Shown here: positions 38,101 through 49,511 of the stretch, in pieces | How the letters are laid out: every line of letters begins with the position of its first letter | Numbering within the stretch: the stretch's first letter is position 1 | Virus record (IMG/VR): IMGVR_UViG_3300031521_000027 | Span: 40,214 to 104,213 of that record | DNA from: a virus | DNA: 64,000 nt | Direction: 5' to 3' (one strand) | Translations under genes and position numbers: made by a program | The notes under the pieces: generated by a model | Told to the model about the DNA's origin: nothing | Databases searched by the model: none | Seen by the model: only the letters and a program-made list of their open reading frames with translations

Positions 38101-38259
38101 CACGACCACGCATTGGAGGAGGTCTTCCGCCACAAGGTGGTCAGCAAGGCCGGAGCAGGGGCATGGGAGGCATGGCAGGCCGAGAACTGGGCCACCGTGC
38201 TCCAGCGCCTCGCCGACCGCCCACGGGGCAAGGCACCCAAGCTGTTGACACCGCACTGA
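35141..38259 (+). other. Cluster of small early hypothetical genes (35141, 35439, 35729, 36133, 36416, 36790, 37302, 37553, 37681, 37951)
   Basis: Packed ORFs behind SigA-type promoters. Confidence 0.7.
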
Positions 38260-38366
38260 TTCGTGTCCTAAGATAAGGACACACCCCGAGCCGAGATTCA
38301 TTCACGCAGCCGAGCAGCCCGTGCTCGGCTCGGGGACCACCATCGTTTCGACAAAGAGAGCCAACC

Positions 38367-39278
38367 ATGGCCAAGATCAAGTACGAGAACTGGAACCCCA
38401 CCGGCACCTCTCTCGCCCTCATCCAGACCGCCAACCAGATCTGCGCCGACTACCGCGCGCAGGGCTACGACCTGACGCTCCGGCAGCTCTACTACCAGTT
38501 CGTCTCCCGGGGCGAGATCCCGAACAACCAGCGCCAGTACAAGATGCTGGGCACGGTCATCGACAAGGCCCGTCGCGCCGGTCTGCTGGACTGGAACTAC
38601 ATCGTGGACCGCACCCGGTACCTCGCAGGCAACCAGACCTACGACGACCCGGCAGCCATCATCGAGTCCGTCGTGGACAAGTTCTACATCGACCTGTGGG
38701 AGACGCAGGACACCCGCGTCGAGGTGTGGGTGGAGAAGGAAGCCCTCGCTGGAGTCATCGAGCGCGCCGCCAAGGCCCGGGGCTGCAACTACTTCTCCTG
38801 CCGTGGCTACGTCTCCCAGTCGGAGATGCACGCCGCCGCCATGCGCCACCGGTACTGGGAGAACGAGGGGCAGGACATGGTTGTCGTCCACCTCGGTGAC
38901 CACGACCCCAGCGGCATCGACATGACCCGGGACATCCGGGACCGCCTTCGGCTCTTCGGGGCCAGCACCACGGTCAAGCGGATCGCGCTCAACTATGACC
39001 AGATCGAGCAGTACAGCCCGCCGCCGAACCCGGCCAAGCTCACCGACTCCCGCGCCGAGGGCTACATCGAGCGCTTCGGGGACGAGAGCTGGGAGCTGGA
39101 CGCTCTTGATCCGGCCACGCTGAACGCCCTGATCACCGAGGAGATCGACACCTACATCCACCGGCCCACCTTCCAGCTCCGGCAGGACGAGCAGTCCGAG
39201 GGCCGCGACAAGCTCCGGATGGTCTCCAGCCTGTGGGATGAGGTCTCCGACTTCGTCGAGGAACGCTCCGCCGAGTAG
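38367..39278 (+). CDS. TOPRIM protein related to Topo VI-A / JetD-type nucleases
   Basis: TLRQLYY winged helix, VEVWVEKEAL, CRGY.S, HLGDHDPSGIDM, RIAL, WELDAL. Confidence 0.75.
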   Translation: MAKIKYENWNPTGTSLALIQTANQICADYRAQGYDLTLRQLYYQFVSRGEIPNNQRQYKMLGTVIDKARRAGLLDWNYIVDRTRYLAGNQTYDDPAAIIESVVDKFYIDLWETQDTRVEVWVEKEALAGVIERAAKARGCNYFSCRGYVSQSEMHAAAMRHRYWENEGQDMVVVHLGDHDPSGIDMTRDIRDRLRLFGASTTVKRIALNYDQIEQYSPPPNPAKLTDSRAEGYIERFGDESWELDALDPATLNALITEEIDTYIHRPTFQLRQDEQSEGRDKLRMVSSLWDEVSDFVEERSAE

Positions 39279-39324
39279 TACCCAGTACGTTTTAGAAAAC
39301 AAGGTCAACGCAACAGGAGGCACC

Positions 39325-39810
39325 ATGTCCAATCCCTACTACACCCTGCCCGAACCAGCTCCCAAGAAGCCGATGAGTGGCGGTGTCAAGCTCGCCCTCG
39401 GGGTGGTGCTCGCTGCCCTGCTCATGGGAGCAGGCTCCCTCATGGGCAGGCCCACCACGGCCCCTGTCACCGCTGCGGTGACAGCCCCCGCAGTGCCTGC
39501 CACCACGGCTGCGGCAGCTCCTGTCGAGGACGCCACCGTCGAGTCTGAGAGCCCCGACGACAGGTTCGATGCACTGATCCCGATCCTGTCCAAGGAGACG
39601 CCGACGGCAGCCGAGATGGCCTCCCTGCGCACACTGGGCCACACCACGTGCAGCTCCATCGACAAGGGCGTGACCAAGGACAACATGATCGCCGTCATGC
39701 TCGGGCAGGACATCAGCCCGACCTCCCGTACCGGGATGCTCGTGATGGCTGCCATGGTTGCGGCCACGGGAACGTACTGCTCCGAGCACGAGGGATTCTT
39801 CTCCGCCTGA
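39325..39810 (+). CDS. Membrane-anchored exported protein
   Basis: TM segment, Ala/Pro/Thr linker, LGHTTC...AATGTYC pair (DUF732-like). Confidence 0.6.
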   Translation: MSNPYYTLPEPAPKKPMSGGVKLALGVVLAALLMGAGSLMGRPTTAPVTAAVTAPAVPATTAAAAPVEDATVESESPDDRFDALIPILSKETPTAAEMASLRTLGHTTCSSIDKGVTKDNMIAVMLGQDISPTSRTGMLVMAAMVAATGTYCSEHEGFFSA

Positions 39811-39910
39811 GGCGGGTTTCCGGAAACAGTTGACACGCCCGCCTTGATGGTCCTAAGATAGAGACATCAAGGCGGGCACCCCCCGCCTACCAGACGAGAG
39901 AGAGCCAGTC

Positions 39911-40693
39911 ATGGCCAGAATCACCCGGGTCGCCAAGGCCCAGCCCCGCTTCAAGATGGTCCCCGTCATCGACGAGGCGACCGGCGAGCAGAAGGTCACG
40001 CCCGTCATGGTCAAGGGCCGCGACGGTGAGCTGCGCCAGAAGACCACGAAGACCGGCAAGCCGGTGGTCATGAAGGTCACCGTCACCGACAAGACCCAGC
40101 CGCTGCCCGCCCGGAAGTGCGGGAAGTGCGGCAAGGACATCGAGATCGGCCAGCCCTACAAGCACGTGACTCCGAAGTCCGGCCCCTACGGTGGCACCAC
40201 CCGGTACCGCTGCGCCACCTGCCCCGACTGGCAGGTCTGGGAGCTGTCCAACAGCCTCTCCGCCCGCTGCGCCCAGATCGTCTACGACGCCGAGGAGCAG
40301 GAGATCACCTCCGAGTCCGAGGTGGACGACGTGCAGGAGATCCTGAACGACGCCGCCGCCTCGTTCCGCGAGTTGGCCGAGGAGAAGCGGGAGTCCGCCC
40401 AGAACATCGAGGACGGCTTCCAGCACGCCACCTCCGCCAGCGACGAGCTGAACGAGCAGGCCGACGAGCTGGAGAGCTTCGCCGATGAGCTGGAGAGCAC
40501 TGACATCACCGACAAGCCCGACGAGCCCTCCGAGGGTGAGCCCGGTGACGAGCCGGACGATCAGGACTCCGACGACTGGCGCGACTGGGAGCAGACCCGC
40601 GACGAGTGGGACACCTACCAGACCGAGCTGGAGGAGTGGGTCGACACCGTGAAGAGCGAGGTCAGTGAGGCTCTGGGAGGGAGCCCGTTCTGA
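39911..40693 (+). CDS. Zn-finger protein with very acidic C-terminal coiled coil
   Basis: CGKC...CATC; D/E-rich helical tail. Confidence 0.7.
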   Translation: MARITRVAKAQPRFKMVPVIDEATGEQKVTPVMVKGRDGELRQKTTKTGKPVVMKVTVTDKTQPLPARKCGKCGKDIEIGQPYKHVTPKSGPYGGTTRYRCATCPDWQVWELSNSLSARCAQIVYDAEEQEITSESEVDDVQEILNDAAASFRELAEEKRESAQNIEDGFQHATSASDELNEQADELESFADELESTDITDKPDEPSEGEPGDEPDDQDSDDWRDWEQTRDEWDTYQTELEEWVDTVKSEVSEALGGSPF

Positions 40694-40862
40694 CCTGAGA
40701 CAGCTGGGGACATCATGGGGGTGGAGCCTCCAGCCAGTACCGAGAGCACCGGCCACCTACCTGACCGGTGCTCTTGTTGTTTTCGGAAACGAGTTGACAC
40801 CGAGCAGCCCATGGTCCTATACTAGAGACATCAAGCGGTCAACGCCCAAGCAGGAGAACACC

Positions 40863-41396
40863 ATGAGCACCACCACCCGGACCCTCGCCCCGATCACCCC
40901 CCGCCAGCTGAGCTGGCTCCAGACGCTGGTCGTCGAGCGCGACACCACCGGGCTCGTGACCGAGGCCCTCGACCGGTTCACCGCCCGTCAGGCCCACACC
41001 CTGATCGACACCCTGCTGGCCCGCCCCCGCGTCGCCGTCCTCGCCCCCACCACGGGAGCCCTGTTCGACGTCGCGCCCGACGCCGACATCCCCGCTGGCT
41101 ACTACGCCGTCTCCGTCCCCGGGGACACGCAGGCCGTCGCGTTCTTCCAGCTGGACCGCCCCACCGAGGGCCGCTGGGCAGGCCGCACGTTCCTCTCCCA
41201 GCTCGCCAGCGACGAGCGGTACTCCGTCCGTGGCGCACGCCGCGACGTGGTCATGGCCCTGATCGCCGAGGACATCCACGAGGCGGGCTTCCGCTTCGGT
41301 CGCGAGATCGGTCGCTGCTGCCGCTGCCACCGCACGCTCACCGACGAGTCCAGCCGCGCCGCTGGCATCGGCCCGGACTGCGCAGGGCGGTTCTGA
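40863..41396 (+). CDS. DUF6011-like Zn-ribbon protein
   Basis: C-terminal CCRCHRTLTDESSRAAGIGPDCA; AGGAG RBS. Confidence 0.75.
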   Translation: MSTTTRTLAPITPRQLSWLQTLVVERDTTGLVTEALDRFTARQAHTLIDTLLARPRVAVLAPTTGALFDVAPDADIPAGYYAVSVPGDTQAVAFFQLDRPTEGRWAGRTFLSQLASDERYSVRGARRDVVMALIAEDIHEAGFRFGREIGRCCRCHRTLTDESSRAAGIGPDCAGRF

Positions 41397-41397
41397 G

Positions 41398-42681
41398 ATG
41401 CCCCGCCCGTCCAAGCTCCGTCTCGCCGTCGAGTGCCTGATCCTCTTCGGCGGGACCACCGCCTTCACCGTCATCACCGCCGCCGTCTCCAACGCCCTCC
41501 ACTGAGTTTCAAGAAAGAGCACACCATGACCGCACCCGCATCCCACTTCGAGATCACCGACCTCCTGCACGGCTCCTGTGGCGACTGCCGCAAGTGCGCC
41601 GAGGACGCCGCCGTCAACGCCTCCGTCTCCGGCTCCGTCGGGGCCACCTCCTCCGTAGAGCGCAGGGACCCCAGCACTGACCGCCTCGTGGTCGAGCACA
41701 GGGCCACCGTCCGCCGCGTCCCTGAGGCTCGTGTGATCGTCCTGCACGACCCGCAGACCCTCGCCCTCGACGACATCCGGGAGCTGCTCAGCCACGTCGG
41801 GCGCACCTACGTGTTCAACTCCGAGCTGGTCGACATCCTTCGCCGCTTCGACCTCATCAAGGAGTCCTGACCCATGGCAGACAAGCCCCTCGCCCACGTC
41901 GAGCCCAACCAGCGGGGTCTGCTCGCAGCCCGCGCCGCCTCCCGCTGGTACCTCGGTGACTCCAGCTGGGCCGAGATCCTGATCAACGCCTACCTCAACC
42001 CCGACGCGGCACTCGCCGCCGTCCGCAACGAGAAGGAGTCCTGACCATGGACATCACGACCACCGACACGGACATCACCACGACCTCCCCCGAGTCCAGC
42101 TACCGCGTCGTCTTCATCTTCGTGGACCGCTTCGGCTTCAACCAGCGCGTCACCTCCGAGACCATCCCCACTGTCGGGGAGGCCCGCGACTTCGCCACCG
42201 AGAAGTTCGCCGAGCAGAAGCCCGACGCGTGGTGGATCACCGAGGAGCGTGTGGTCGAGTACCACGACTGCACCCCGGTCCCGCCCAAGCCCCTGTACGG
42301 GATGCGCCGGATGAACAACGAGGTCCGGGTCTTCACGTCCAAGACCGCCGCCGTCAAGTACAACCGCGAGCTGCCACCGCTGGCCCTCCAGTACCGCAAG
42401 GGCGTCCTCGTGAGCCACGACGAGGGTAAGACGTGGGAGTGGTTCTCGTGACCGCCCCACGGAAGCTCCGCGCCCGCTTCGGCATGGACCGCCTCCCCGA
42501 GCCCCGCACCCCACAGGGCAAGAGCAGGTTCGTCGCCTACTGCCGCCAGCTCGGGGTCAACCTCCAGCCGTACCAGCAGCGCTGGCTGGAGGCCTACGAC
42601 AAGGACTACCCACCCACCACCCGGATCGTCTTCAACACCCGCGCGCACACCGCCGAGATCAGCCGCCTCAACCGGACATGA
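41398..42681 (+). other. Small hypothetical genes (41398, 41526, 41874, 42047, 42448)
   Basis: Packed ORFs with RBSs. Confidence 0.6.
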
Positions 42682-42789
42682 TTCTGAGGGGCCCCATCGT
42701 GTTTCTCGAAAATGCGATTCGGCCCCTCACTCAGATTCCGAAAATAGCTGTGCACTCACCCCGGCAAACGTGTGTGTAGACTCCCCCAC

Positions 42790-43080
42790 ATGTCTTTCTC
42801 AAAACAACCGCAGCGCGTCTCCATCGCCATGGTCATGCAATCCCTCCGCGAGCAGGCAGAGACCGTCACCGACGCCCGTAACGCCCTCACTGACGCCATT
42901 GCGGACCGGGACGCCATGATGGTCGAGCTGAAGGCCGCAGGGGTCCCTGAACGCAACATCATGAAACTCACCGGACTCAGCAGGGACTCCGTCGCCCGGA
43001 TCACACAGGGAGCCCGTACCGCCGCCGCACTGGACGCAGAGGCACTCCTCGCCATCCCTGCACCCGGCAAGCTGCGCTAG
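42790..43080 (+). CDS. Small HTH protein
   Basis: AAGVPERNIMKLTGLSRDSVARI; TAGACT -10-like box 7 nt upstream of the ATG. Confidence 0.6.
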   Translation: MSFSKQPQRVSIAMVMQSLREQAETVTDARNALTDAIADRDAMMVELKAAGVPERNIMKLTGLSRDSVARITQGARTAAALDAEALLAIPAPGKLR

Positions 43081-43102
43081 AGCCTCCCAGCGGCGTACCA
43101 GT
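43072..43102 (+). promoter_or_regulatory. Phage class-II promoter, leaderless
   Basis: Exact consensus; ATG at 43107. Confidence 0.8.
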
Positions 43103-43106
43103 AGCT

Positions 43107-44192
43107 ATGGCAGCAACCATCCACCGCCTCCGGGTCCGCAACTTCCAGAGCCTGCACGACATCGAGCTGGAGCTTCTCCCGTTCACCGTGATCGTCGGGC
43201 CCTCCTCCTCGGGCAAGTCGGCACTCACCCGGGCCCTGCGCACCCTCGTGTCCAACAGGCGGGGTACCGAGTGGATCACCCACGGGGAGCGGACGGCATC
43301 CATCACCGCAGAGACCGACGCAGGCACGGTCACACTCACCCGCAGCCGCTCCTCCGCATCGTCGGACAACGCGTACACCCTGACGCCCGCAGACAACCCG
43401 GAAGCCCAGCGGACCTACGCCAAGCTCGGTGGCGACACCCCGGAGGACGTTTCGAGATTCCTCGGCATCAACTCCGGCACCACGGCCACCCCGCCGATCA
43501 ACTTCGCAGGCCAGTTCGACAAGCCGTTCCTCCTCGCCGACTCCACCGCCGACGTCGCCCGCACACTGGGGGCCCTCACGAACGTCAACATCATCTTCGA
43601 GGGAGCCCGGGAGTCCAACAGGCAGAAGCTGGCCAACGCGGTCACCCTGCGCACCAGAGCAGCAGACCTTGAAGCGGTCAAGGCACGGGTCCCCGAGTTC
43701 CGAGCCCTGAAGGCACAGGACGTGGCCCTCACCGCAGCCGAGCAGATCATCGAGCACGCCCGCCAGCTGGAGCGCCAGATCGCCCGGCTCTCACAGGCAC
43801 TGGACATCGTCACCGTGATCGAGCCGTCCCTGCCACGCCTCCAGCGCCTCGCAGACATCGTGGTCCCTGACGAAACATCGATCCTCCGGGCCCAGAGCGC
43901 CCTCTCCAGCTTCCAGCAGGCTCTCACCCGGATACCGACCCTCGCCCGAGCCCAGCAGGCCGCACAGCAGGCGTACGACGTCATCGACACACAGGAGGCC
44001 AAGCTCCTCGCCGACTATGCCGAGTTCACCGGGGAGATCACCGACTCCCTGCACGGGTGGATCGGGGGCATGACCCTGAGGGGGGACACCCGGATCGAGT
44101 TCTCCGAGACCGGCATCGAGGTCGAGTGGATTCAGACCGACGTGGCCGTGAGTCTCTTCCTGAAGTATCTCGAAACGAAGGCCAGTTCGTGA
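43107..44192 (+). CDS. SbcC/Rad50-like ATPase, N-terminal half only
   Basis: LRVRNFQSL, IVGPSSSGKSAL, NFAGQFD Q-loop, coiled coil; no signature motif or Walker B. Confidence 0.8.
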   Translation: MAATIHRLRVRNFQSLHDIELELLPFTVIVGPSSSGKSALTRALRTLVSNRRGTEWITHGERTASITAETDAGTVTLTRSRSSASSDNAYTLTPADNPEAQRTYAKLGGDTPEDVSRFLGINSGTTATPPINFAGQFDKPFLLADSTADVARTLGALTNVNIIFEGARESNRQKLANAVTLRTRAADLEAVKARVPEFRALKAQDVALTAAEQIIEHARQLERQIARLSQALDIVTVIEPSLPRLQRLADIVVPDETSILRAQSALSSFQQALTRIPTLARAQQAAQQAYDVIDTQEAKLLADYAEFTGEITDSLHGWIGGMTLRGDTRIEFSETGIEVEWIQTDVAVSLFLKYLETKASS

Positions 44193-44470
44193 CCGGCTTC
44201 TCCCTCCCCGCGTGGACCGGTCGCTCCGCGCCCCCACCGGGAGAAGATTCTGAGCGGGCCCTCTCCCTCACCGACGCGTGGGCTGCACTGGTCCGCATCC
44301 GCAACAGGTCCATGACCCAGACGGAGCTGGCCGAACGTGCGGGGCTGCACCGCTCAGCCGTATCAAAGATGGAGGCCGTCGGTTATCTTCCGACCCTGCG
44401 CACCATGGCCACCTATGCCGACGCCCTCGACATCGAGCTGAACCTCACTTTACGAAAGAAGGCTTCATGA
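44189..44470 (+). CDS. XRE-family HTH regulator
   Basis: MTQTELAERAGLHRSAVSKMEA...PTLRTM..YADALD. Confidence 0.85.
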   Translation: MTGFSLPAWTGRSAPPPGEDSERALSLTDAWAALVRIRNRSMTQTELAERAGLHRSAVSKMEAVGYLPTLRTMATYADALDIELNLTLRKKAS

Positions 44471-46743
44471 TCACGCCCCGCAGGTTCCTCATCCGCTCCC
44501 GGGACAACCTCGCCCAGATCCTCGCCGAGGGAGTCGTGTGGTCCAACGGCGGGGTCAGCACCGTCCGCCACCCGTGCCGCTGGTTCAAGGACTCCCGTGG
44601 GCTCGCCCTCGCGCTGCCCGAGGAGCTGGGACTCCCGACCCCACAGAACCTCGCCCAGCTGGAGAACCTCGCCGCAGCCGTGTGGGGAGAGCTGGACTGG
44701 CTCGACAAGTCCGAGGAGGAGATCGCCGCAGCAGCTGCACAGGCGCAGGCCAAGATCGACGAGGCATGGCGGGATGCGCAGGTGGACATGCACAAGATCC
44801 TCTTCGCCGCCCGGAAGCTCGACTGGCGGGACCCGGTCGCCGTCGCACAGGAGCAGCGCACTTCCCGTGGCCTCGACGAGGTTTCAGGAAACGAGCCCGC
44901 CCCCGAGGAAGATTCTGAGCTGCCCTTCGTCGGCTACCGGGTGGCACAGGCCGCTCCCGGTGACTTCCTCATCTCCGGTGACTTCTCCGCGCAGCAGGCA
45001 GCGCAGGACGAGGAGGACATCGACACCCTCAAGAGCTGGTGGCCCCACCGGACCTTGACCGTCCACATCCCTGAGCCCAGCAGGCTTCTCTCGACGCTGC
45101 TGCTGGGCCATGACCCGTGGGCCGAGGTCATCGTCGGCAAGGACACCACCATCAACGGGATGCTCGGCGACCTCGTATTTCGTCCGTACGGGCCCAGCAG
45201 CTCCGAACCCGTACCAGTACCCGCAGAAGGTGCTGCTGAGCCCGTGGACCCCCCACAGGGCCCCGCTGAGCAGCCGATCCAGTCGTGAGGGTCGCGATCA
45301 CCGAGGCAGATCTTGTCTCCCTCGCTCCCGACAGCGTCATCCTGCTCACCTCGTGGGGTAGTTACTCGAAACGAACCGACGGCTTCTGGCAGCGCGCGGG
45401 TGGACTCCCGCTGAGTTCCCGGCACATGGCCTCGGGCAAGCCCCTGCTGGTCATCTTCGACGCGGGCCGGATGGAACAGACCATTCGGGTACTGGAGGCC
45501 GACGCCCTGTGCACCCTCCAGCTCTCGGGTGGGGAAGCCCTGCACGCACTGGCCGAGATCGACTTCGTGAACTGCTGGCGCAAGCATCATCCGAGGGTGG
45601 AAGATTCTGAGCGCCCCCCTGCGCAGCCGACCGGCTGAGGCGTACCAGTGAGTGGGGGAGATCATGGCCGAGTTGTTCCTGACTGGTGCAGCTTCTGTGG
45701 CTCTCTTCTGCTTGACCATCACCGGCATCCGCTACGCAGTGAGGAAGATCCGTGTCCGACGTTTCCAATAACGAGCCCGACGAACTCCGTGGCAGCAGGC
45801 GTCTCTCGCCGCACGGCACCATCGCCGCAGTCCGCAGGCATCACCGTCACCACGAGCAGCTCTGTGAGCCCTGTGCGGTCGTCTCCAAGGCTGACCGGGC
45901 CAAGCGGTACCGGGAGGACCACGAGAAGTCCAAGAGCGCCATCGAGACCGCGCGCCGCACCGCCAAGGCCCGTGCCTACCGCATCCTCGCCGAACGGCAC
46001 TACGTCGAGTGGATCGACTTGCTCGACGACACCACCGCCGAGGAGCTGGAGTCCAAGGGACTGACCGGGTGAGCGACTTCGAGCAGCCCGTCTTCGGGGA
46101 CTACGACCAGTTCGTCACCTTCGCTGACGACCGGGTGATCGCCACCTACCAGCTGCCTGTTGAGCCCGATCCTGAGCTTCCCGTGGCCAAGCCCAAGAGC
46201 CCGTACCAGCAGGCCCTGTCACTGGCCAACAGCGTGCTCCCACACCCCCTCGACGACGATCAGGCGACTGCTCTCGCAGCGGTGTACGCACAGCTGGCAA
46301 TAGCCGACAGGCTCGAACGGGTGGAGACTGGAATCCTGAAGTCTCTCGCAAGTCCCCTTCCGGGTGACACGGGAGACGTGGAGGGCGGGCCTTGATGGGC
46401 ACAGACGAGCTTTCGACGTACATGACGCGCCTGCGGATCAGGCTCAACCGGGCGAACATCCCCGAGCGGTACTTCATGGAGCGGGGTCACCCGTGGATCA
46501 ACACCCCGAAGGGCAGAATCCTGCGCCCTTCGCTCGGCCACGCCTTCCATGGCACCGGGGTCTGACCCTGTGACGTCCGCCCTTGTCCCCGAGCCCACTG
46601 AACGCTGCGCAGTCCCCCGCAGTGCAGGCAGCGTCGTGGTGTGTGAGCTGGCCCACGGACACGGGCCTGACATCCCCGGTGAAGCCCGGGTGCACCGAGG
46701 CCGGGACAAGGGTGGGCACTGGCACGACTGGCCGTCGCAGTGA
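44467..46743 (+). other. Hypothetical genes (44467, 45285, 45752, 46069, 46395, 46570)
   Basis: Overlapping starts and stops; class-II promoter at 45619-45649. Confidence 0.55.
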
Positions 46744-46874
46744 GTGAAGGAAGATTCTGAGCCTGCTGGCGCATCGAGGCGAAGACTGATAGCGTGAACG
46801 CTGTCAGTACGGCAACTGGACACAAAGCAAAGGAACCCGAGGACGAGATCCTCGGGTCCTTCTGTGTTGTTGGG

Positions 46875-48153
46875 TCAGTAGCGCTTGACTGTCTCCCCCC
46901 TCTTCAGGCGGTTCAGCTCGAACGGGCGGAGCTTGCGGCAGTACTTCCAGCTCCGACGGGACAGGCCGTGGTCGGTGCAGTAGATGAAGCCGGACTCATC
47001 GATCATCGTGATCGGCTTCACGCAGTCGGTCTTCATGTCGCAGTGCAGCTCCACGACCACCGGGGCCGGGGGAGTGCCCCAGCCGCAGTGGGAGCAGACC
47101 CCGTTGTGGATCGTGCCCTTCCGACGCCTGCCGGTGCACTGGGCCATGGTGAGGCACGGGTCCACGCTGGCGTGCACTGGGCAGATGAAGGTGGTGACCG
47201 AGCCGTCGAGGTGACGAGCGCACACGCAGGTCATGATCACAGCGCCTTCGCGGAGTAGGTGATCGACTGCATGACCCCGGTGCCCCAGCTGCGCGTGCTG
47301 TGCACGACGAGGGAGAAGGACAGGCCGGGGTACTGCTTGAGGATCACCCGGCGCACGCGGGCCTTGATCGCGTCAACGTGGCGGTCGAAGTTGCGGACGC
47401 CTGCGTTGCCCCAGCCTGCCTCACTGGACACGGTCACGAGGAGCCGGGTGGTGGAGGGATCGATGCTGGTGGTCACGGTCCAGTCCTTGCGGGTGGCGCG
47501 GAGTTCGGAGAGTTCGCGGGGAGATTCGTACATGGCTGGTGCCCTTCGGTGTGGTTGTTCCGGCTTGATGTCTCAAGTTTACCCCACCCCTGTCCCTACG
47601 TCAAGTCATTTCCAGAAACAATCGAGATCACTCCCGGGCTCAGAATCTTGATACGCCAAAGAGCCCCTCCCCCCGAAGGGGGAGGGGACATCCTCCGGTG
47701 TGAAGATCAGTCGGTCACCACCACCTTCGCGTGGCGAGCAGCCTCGGTGTCCATCTCCGCGCCACAGCTGCACTCGAAGTGGTAGGGGTAGACGAAGTCC
47801 CAGCGGTGGCGGCGGTGGGTCTCCGGGCCCGTGAGGGTGTCGAAGCGGCCACACGTGGCTTCCTTGAAGGCTGCGTAGGTCTTGTAGACCCCGATGATGG
47901 CCTCCGGGTCGAGGGTGAACAGGGTGTCGATGAAGATGCCCCACTCGTCCCACTGGGCGGCGTGCTCGTCGCCGTTGCCTGCACCGAAGTTCGGACGGCT
48001 CGCGCTGTTGCCGGTCAGGCGGATGTCAAAGGAACGCTTCCGGGAGCGGGAGCCCTTCGTCTCGCAGTCGGCCAGCTTGACGCCGACCATGCCCCTCGCG
48101 TGGACCGCCTGCACGAGGTCGGAGTACTTGATGACGTCGGAGTGGATCTTCAT
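46875..48153 (-). other. Three leftward early genes (46875-47240 Cys-rich, 47237-47533, 47707-48153)
   Basis: Each unit has a minus-strand SigA promoter and the conserved leader. Confidence 0.75.
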
Positions 48154-48345
48154 GGCTGTTGCCCTTCCTTACGGGTACCGGGTTGTTCCGGCTTGATGTC
48201 TCAAGTTTAGGACACACTGCCACTCGATGTCAAGCGAAACTGGCAGGAGTTATTTTCGGAAACGAGTTGACACACGTCCCAAGGTAGGTACATAATAGAG
48301 ACATAGCCGGACGCACCGGCTCCTCGAAAGAGAAGGGCATAAGCC

Positions 48346-48654
48346 ATGAGCATCCAACTCACCCACGAGTTCATCGTCTGCAACTGCTGCAACGCGATGA
48401 TCGCCAACAACGAGAGCTGCGACTGCACCCCCGATCAGCACCCCGACGGCCTCGCCGCCTTCACCGGGCTCGCTCCCAACGTCAACGTCGTCCCCGGCGA
48501 CGAGGACTACGGCTTCTGCGACTGGAACCGCTGCGCCGGGTGCGGCTCCACCCTCGCGGGTGACCGTGTCGGGGCCTACGGGCTCACCGACACCGGCTGG
48601 GCTCCCGAGTCCACCTTCGATGACCCGGACGTGGACTGGAGTGAGGGCCTGTGA
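48346..48654 (+). CDS. Cys-rich hypothetical protein
   Basis: CNCC and CAGC motifs; own promoter at 48267. Confidence 0.7.
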   Translation: MSIQLTHEFIVCNCCNAMIANNESCDCTPDQHPDGLAAFTGLAPNVNVVPGDEDYGFCDWNRCAGCGSTLAGDRVGAYGLTDTGWAPESTFDDPDVDWSEGL

Positions 48655-48845
48655 GGCGCTACGCGGCCCTTGCAGCCTCGCTGGAGGCGCAAGGGTGCCG
48701 GATGAAGCGGAAGCGCTCCGGCTGGTGGGTGGGCTTCCCCAACGGGGCCACAACCGCCTTCCACCTCACCCCCAGTGACCACCGGGCAGACCTCAACCTC
48801 CGCGCCACCATCCGGCGCAACGGGCTGGTGTGGCCCTTCGACTGA
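48651..48845 (+). CDS. HicA-like small protein
   Basis: LEAQG...W.V.FPNG....HLTPSDHRA..N....IRRNG resembles actinophage HicA-like proteins. Confidence 0.6.
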   Translation: MRRYAALAASLEAQGCRMKRKRSGWWVGFPNGATTAFHLTPSDHRADLNLRATIRRNGLVWPFD

Positions 48846-49089
48846 AGCTAGGCTGGTCGAGCCCCTCGTTCCCCTTCGACCGGGAGCGGGGGGTTTCCTC
48901 ATGCCCGGACTTGGAGCGTCGAGCCGAACATCCAAGTCGAGGTGGGGTCGAGTGGGACCGTGGGAAGATTCTGAGCGTCCGAGCGCAGCGACACCACCGC
49001 TGACTACGCCTTCGACAACAGCTGGTCGGGGCACTCAGAACAAGCAAGAGCCCCCCGCTCCCGAAGGAACGAGGGGCTGAGCTGGTCGA

Positions 49090-49341
49090 TCAGACTGCGG
49101 GCGTTCCCCACAGCGTGCCGTTCGCGCCAGCGCGGATCATGTACCGCGCCCACTTCCGGGCCTCGGCCTTCAGGCCGCACTTGCCGCCGTCCATCCCGTT
49201 GGCGGGGCCACTGGTCACGACCCAGATCCAGACCCGGCGAATGCCGCCCTTGGCACACGGGCTCCAGATGTCCCTGCGGATCAGGCGGTAGGTCTCGCCC
49301 TTGTAGGTCTCTGTCCCTGCAACGTCTGTGTATCCGGTCAT
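49090..49341 (-). CDS. Hypothetical early protein
   Basis: Conserved leader and minus-strand promoter directly upstream. Confidence 0.7.
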   Translation of the reverse strand: MTGYTDVAGTETYKGETYRLIRRDIWSPCAKGGIRRVWIWVVTSGPANGMDGGKCGLKAEARKWARYMIRAGANGTLWGTPAV

Positions 49342-49511
49342 GGCTGCTGCCCTTCGGTTGTTGTTCCGGCTTGATGTCTCAAGTATAGTACACGTGCGCG
49401 CGTATAGCAACTCGTTTCCAGAAAAAGATTGATCGAGTATTCGCTTGACACTAGCTAGGTACATGCCTTAAACTTGAGACATCAAGCCGGATCAACCGAA
49501 GGGCACCAGCC

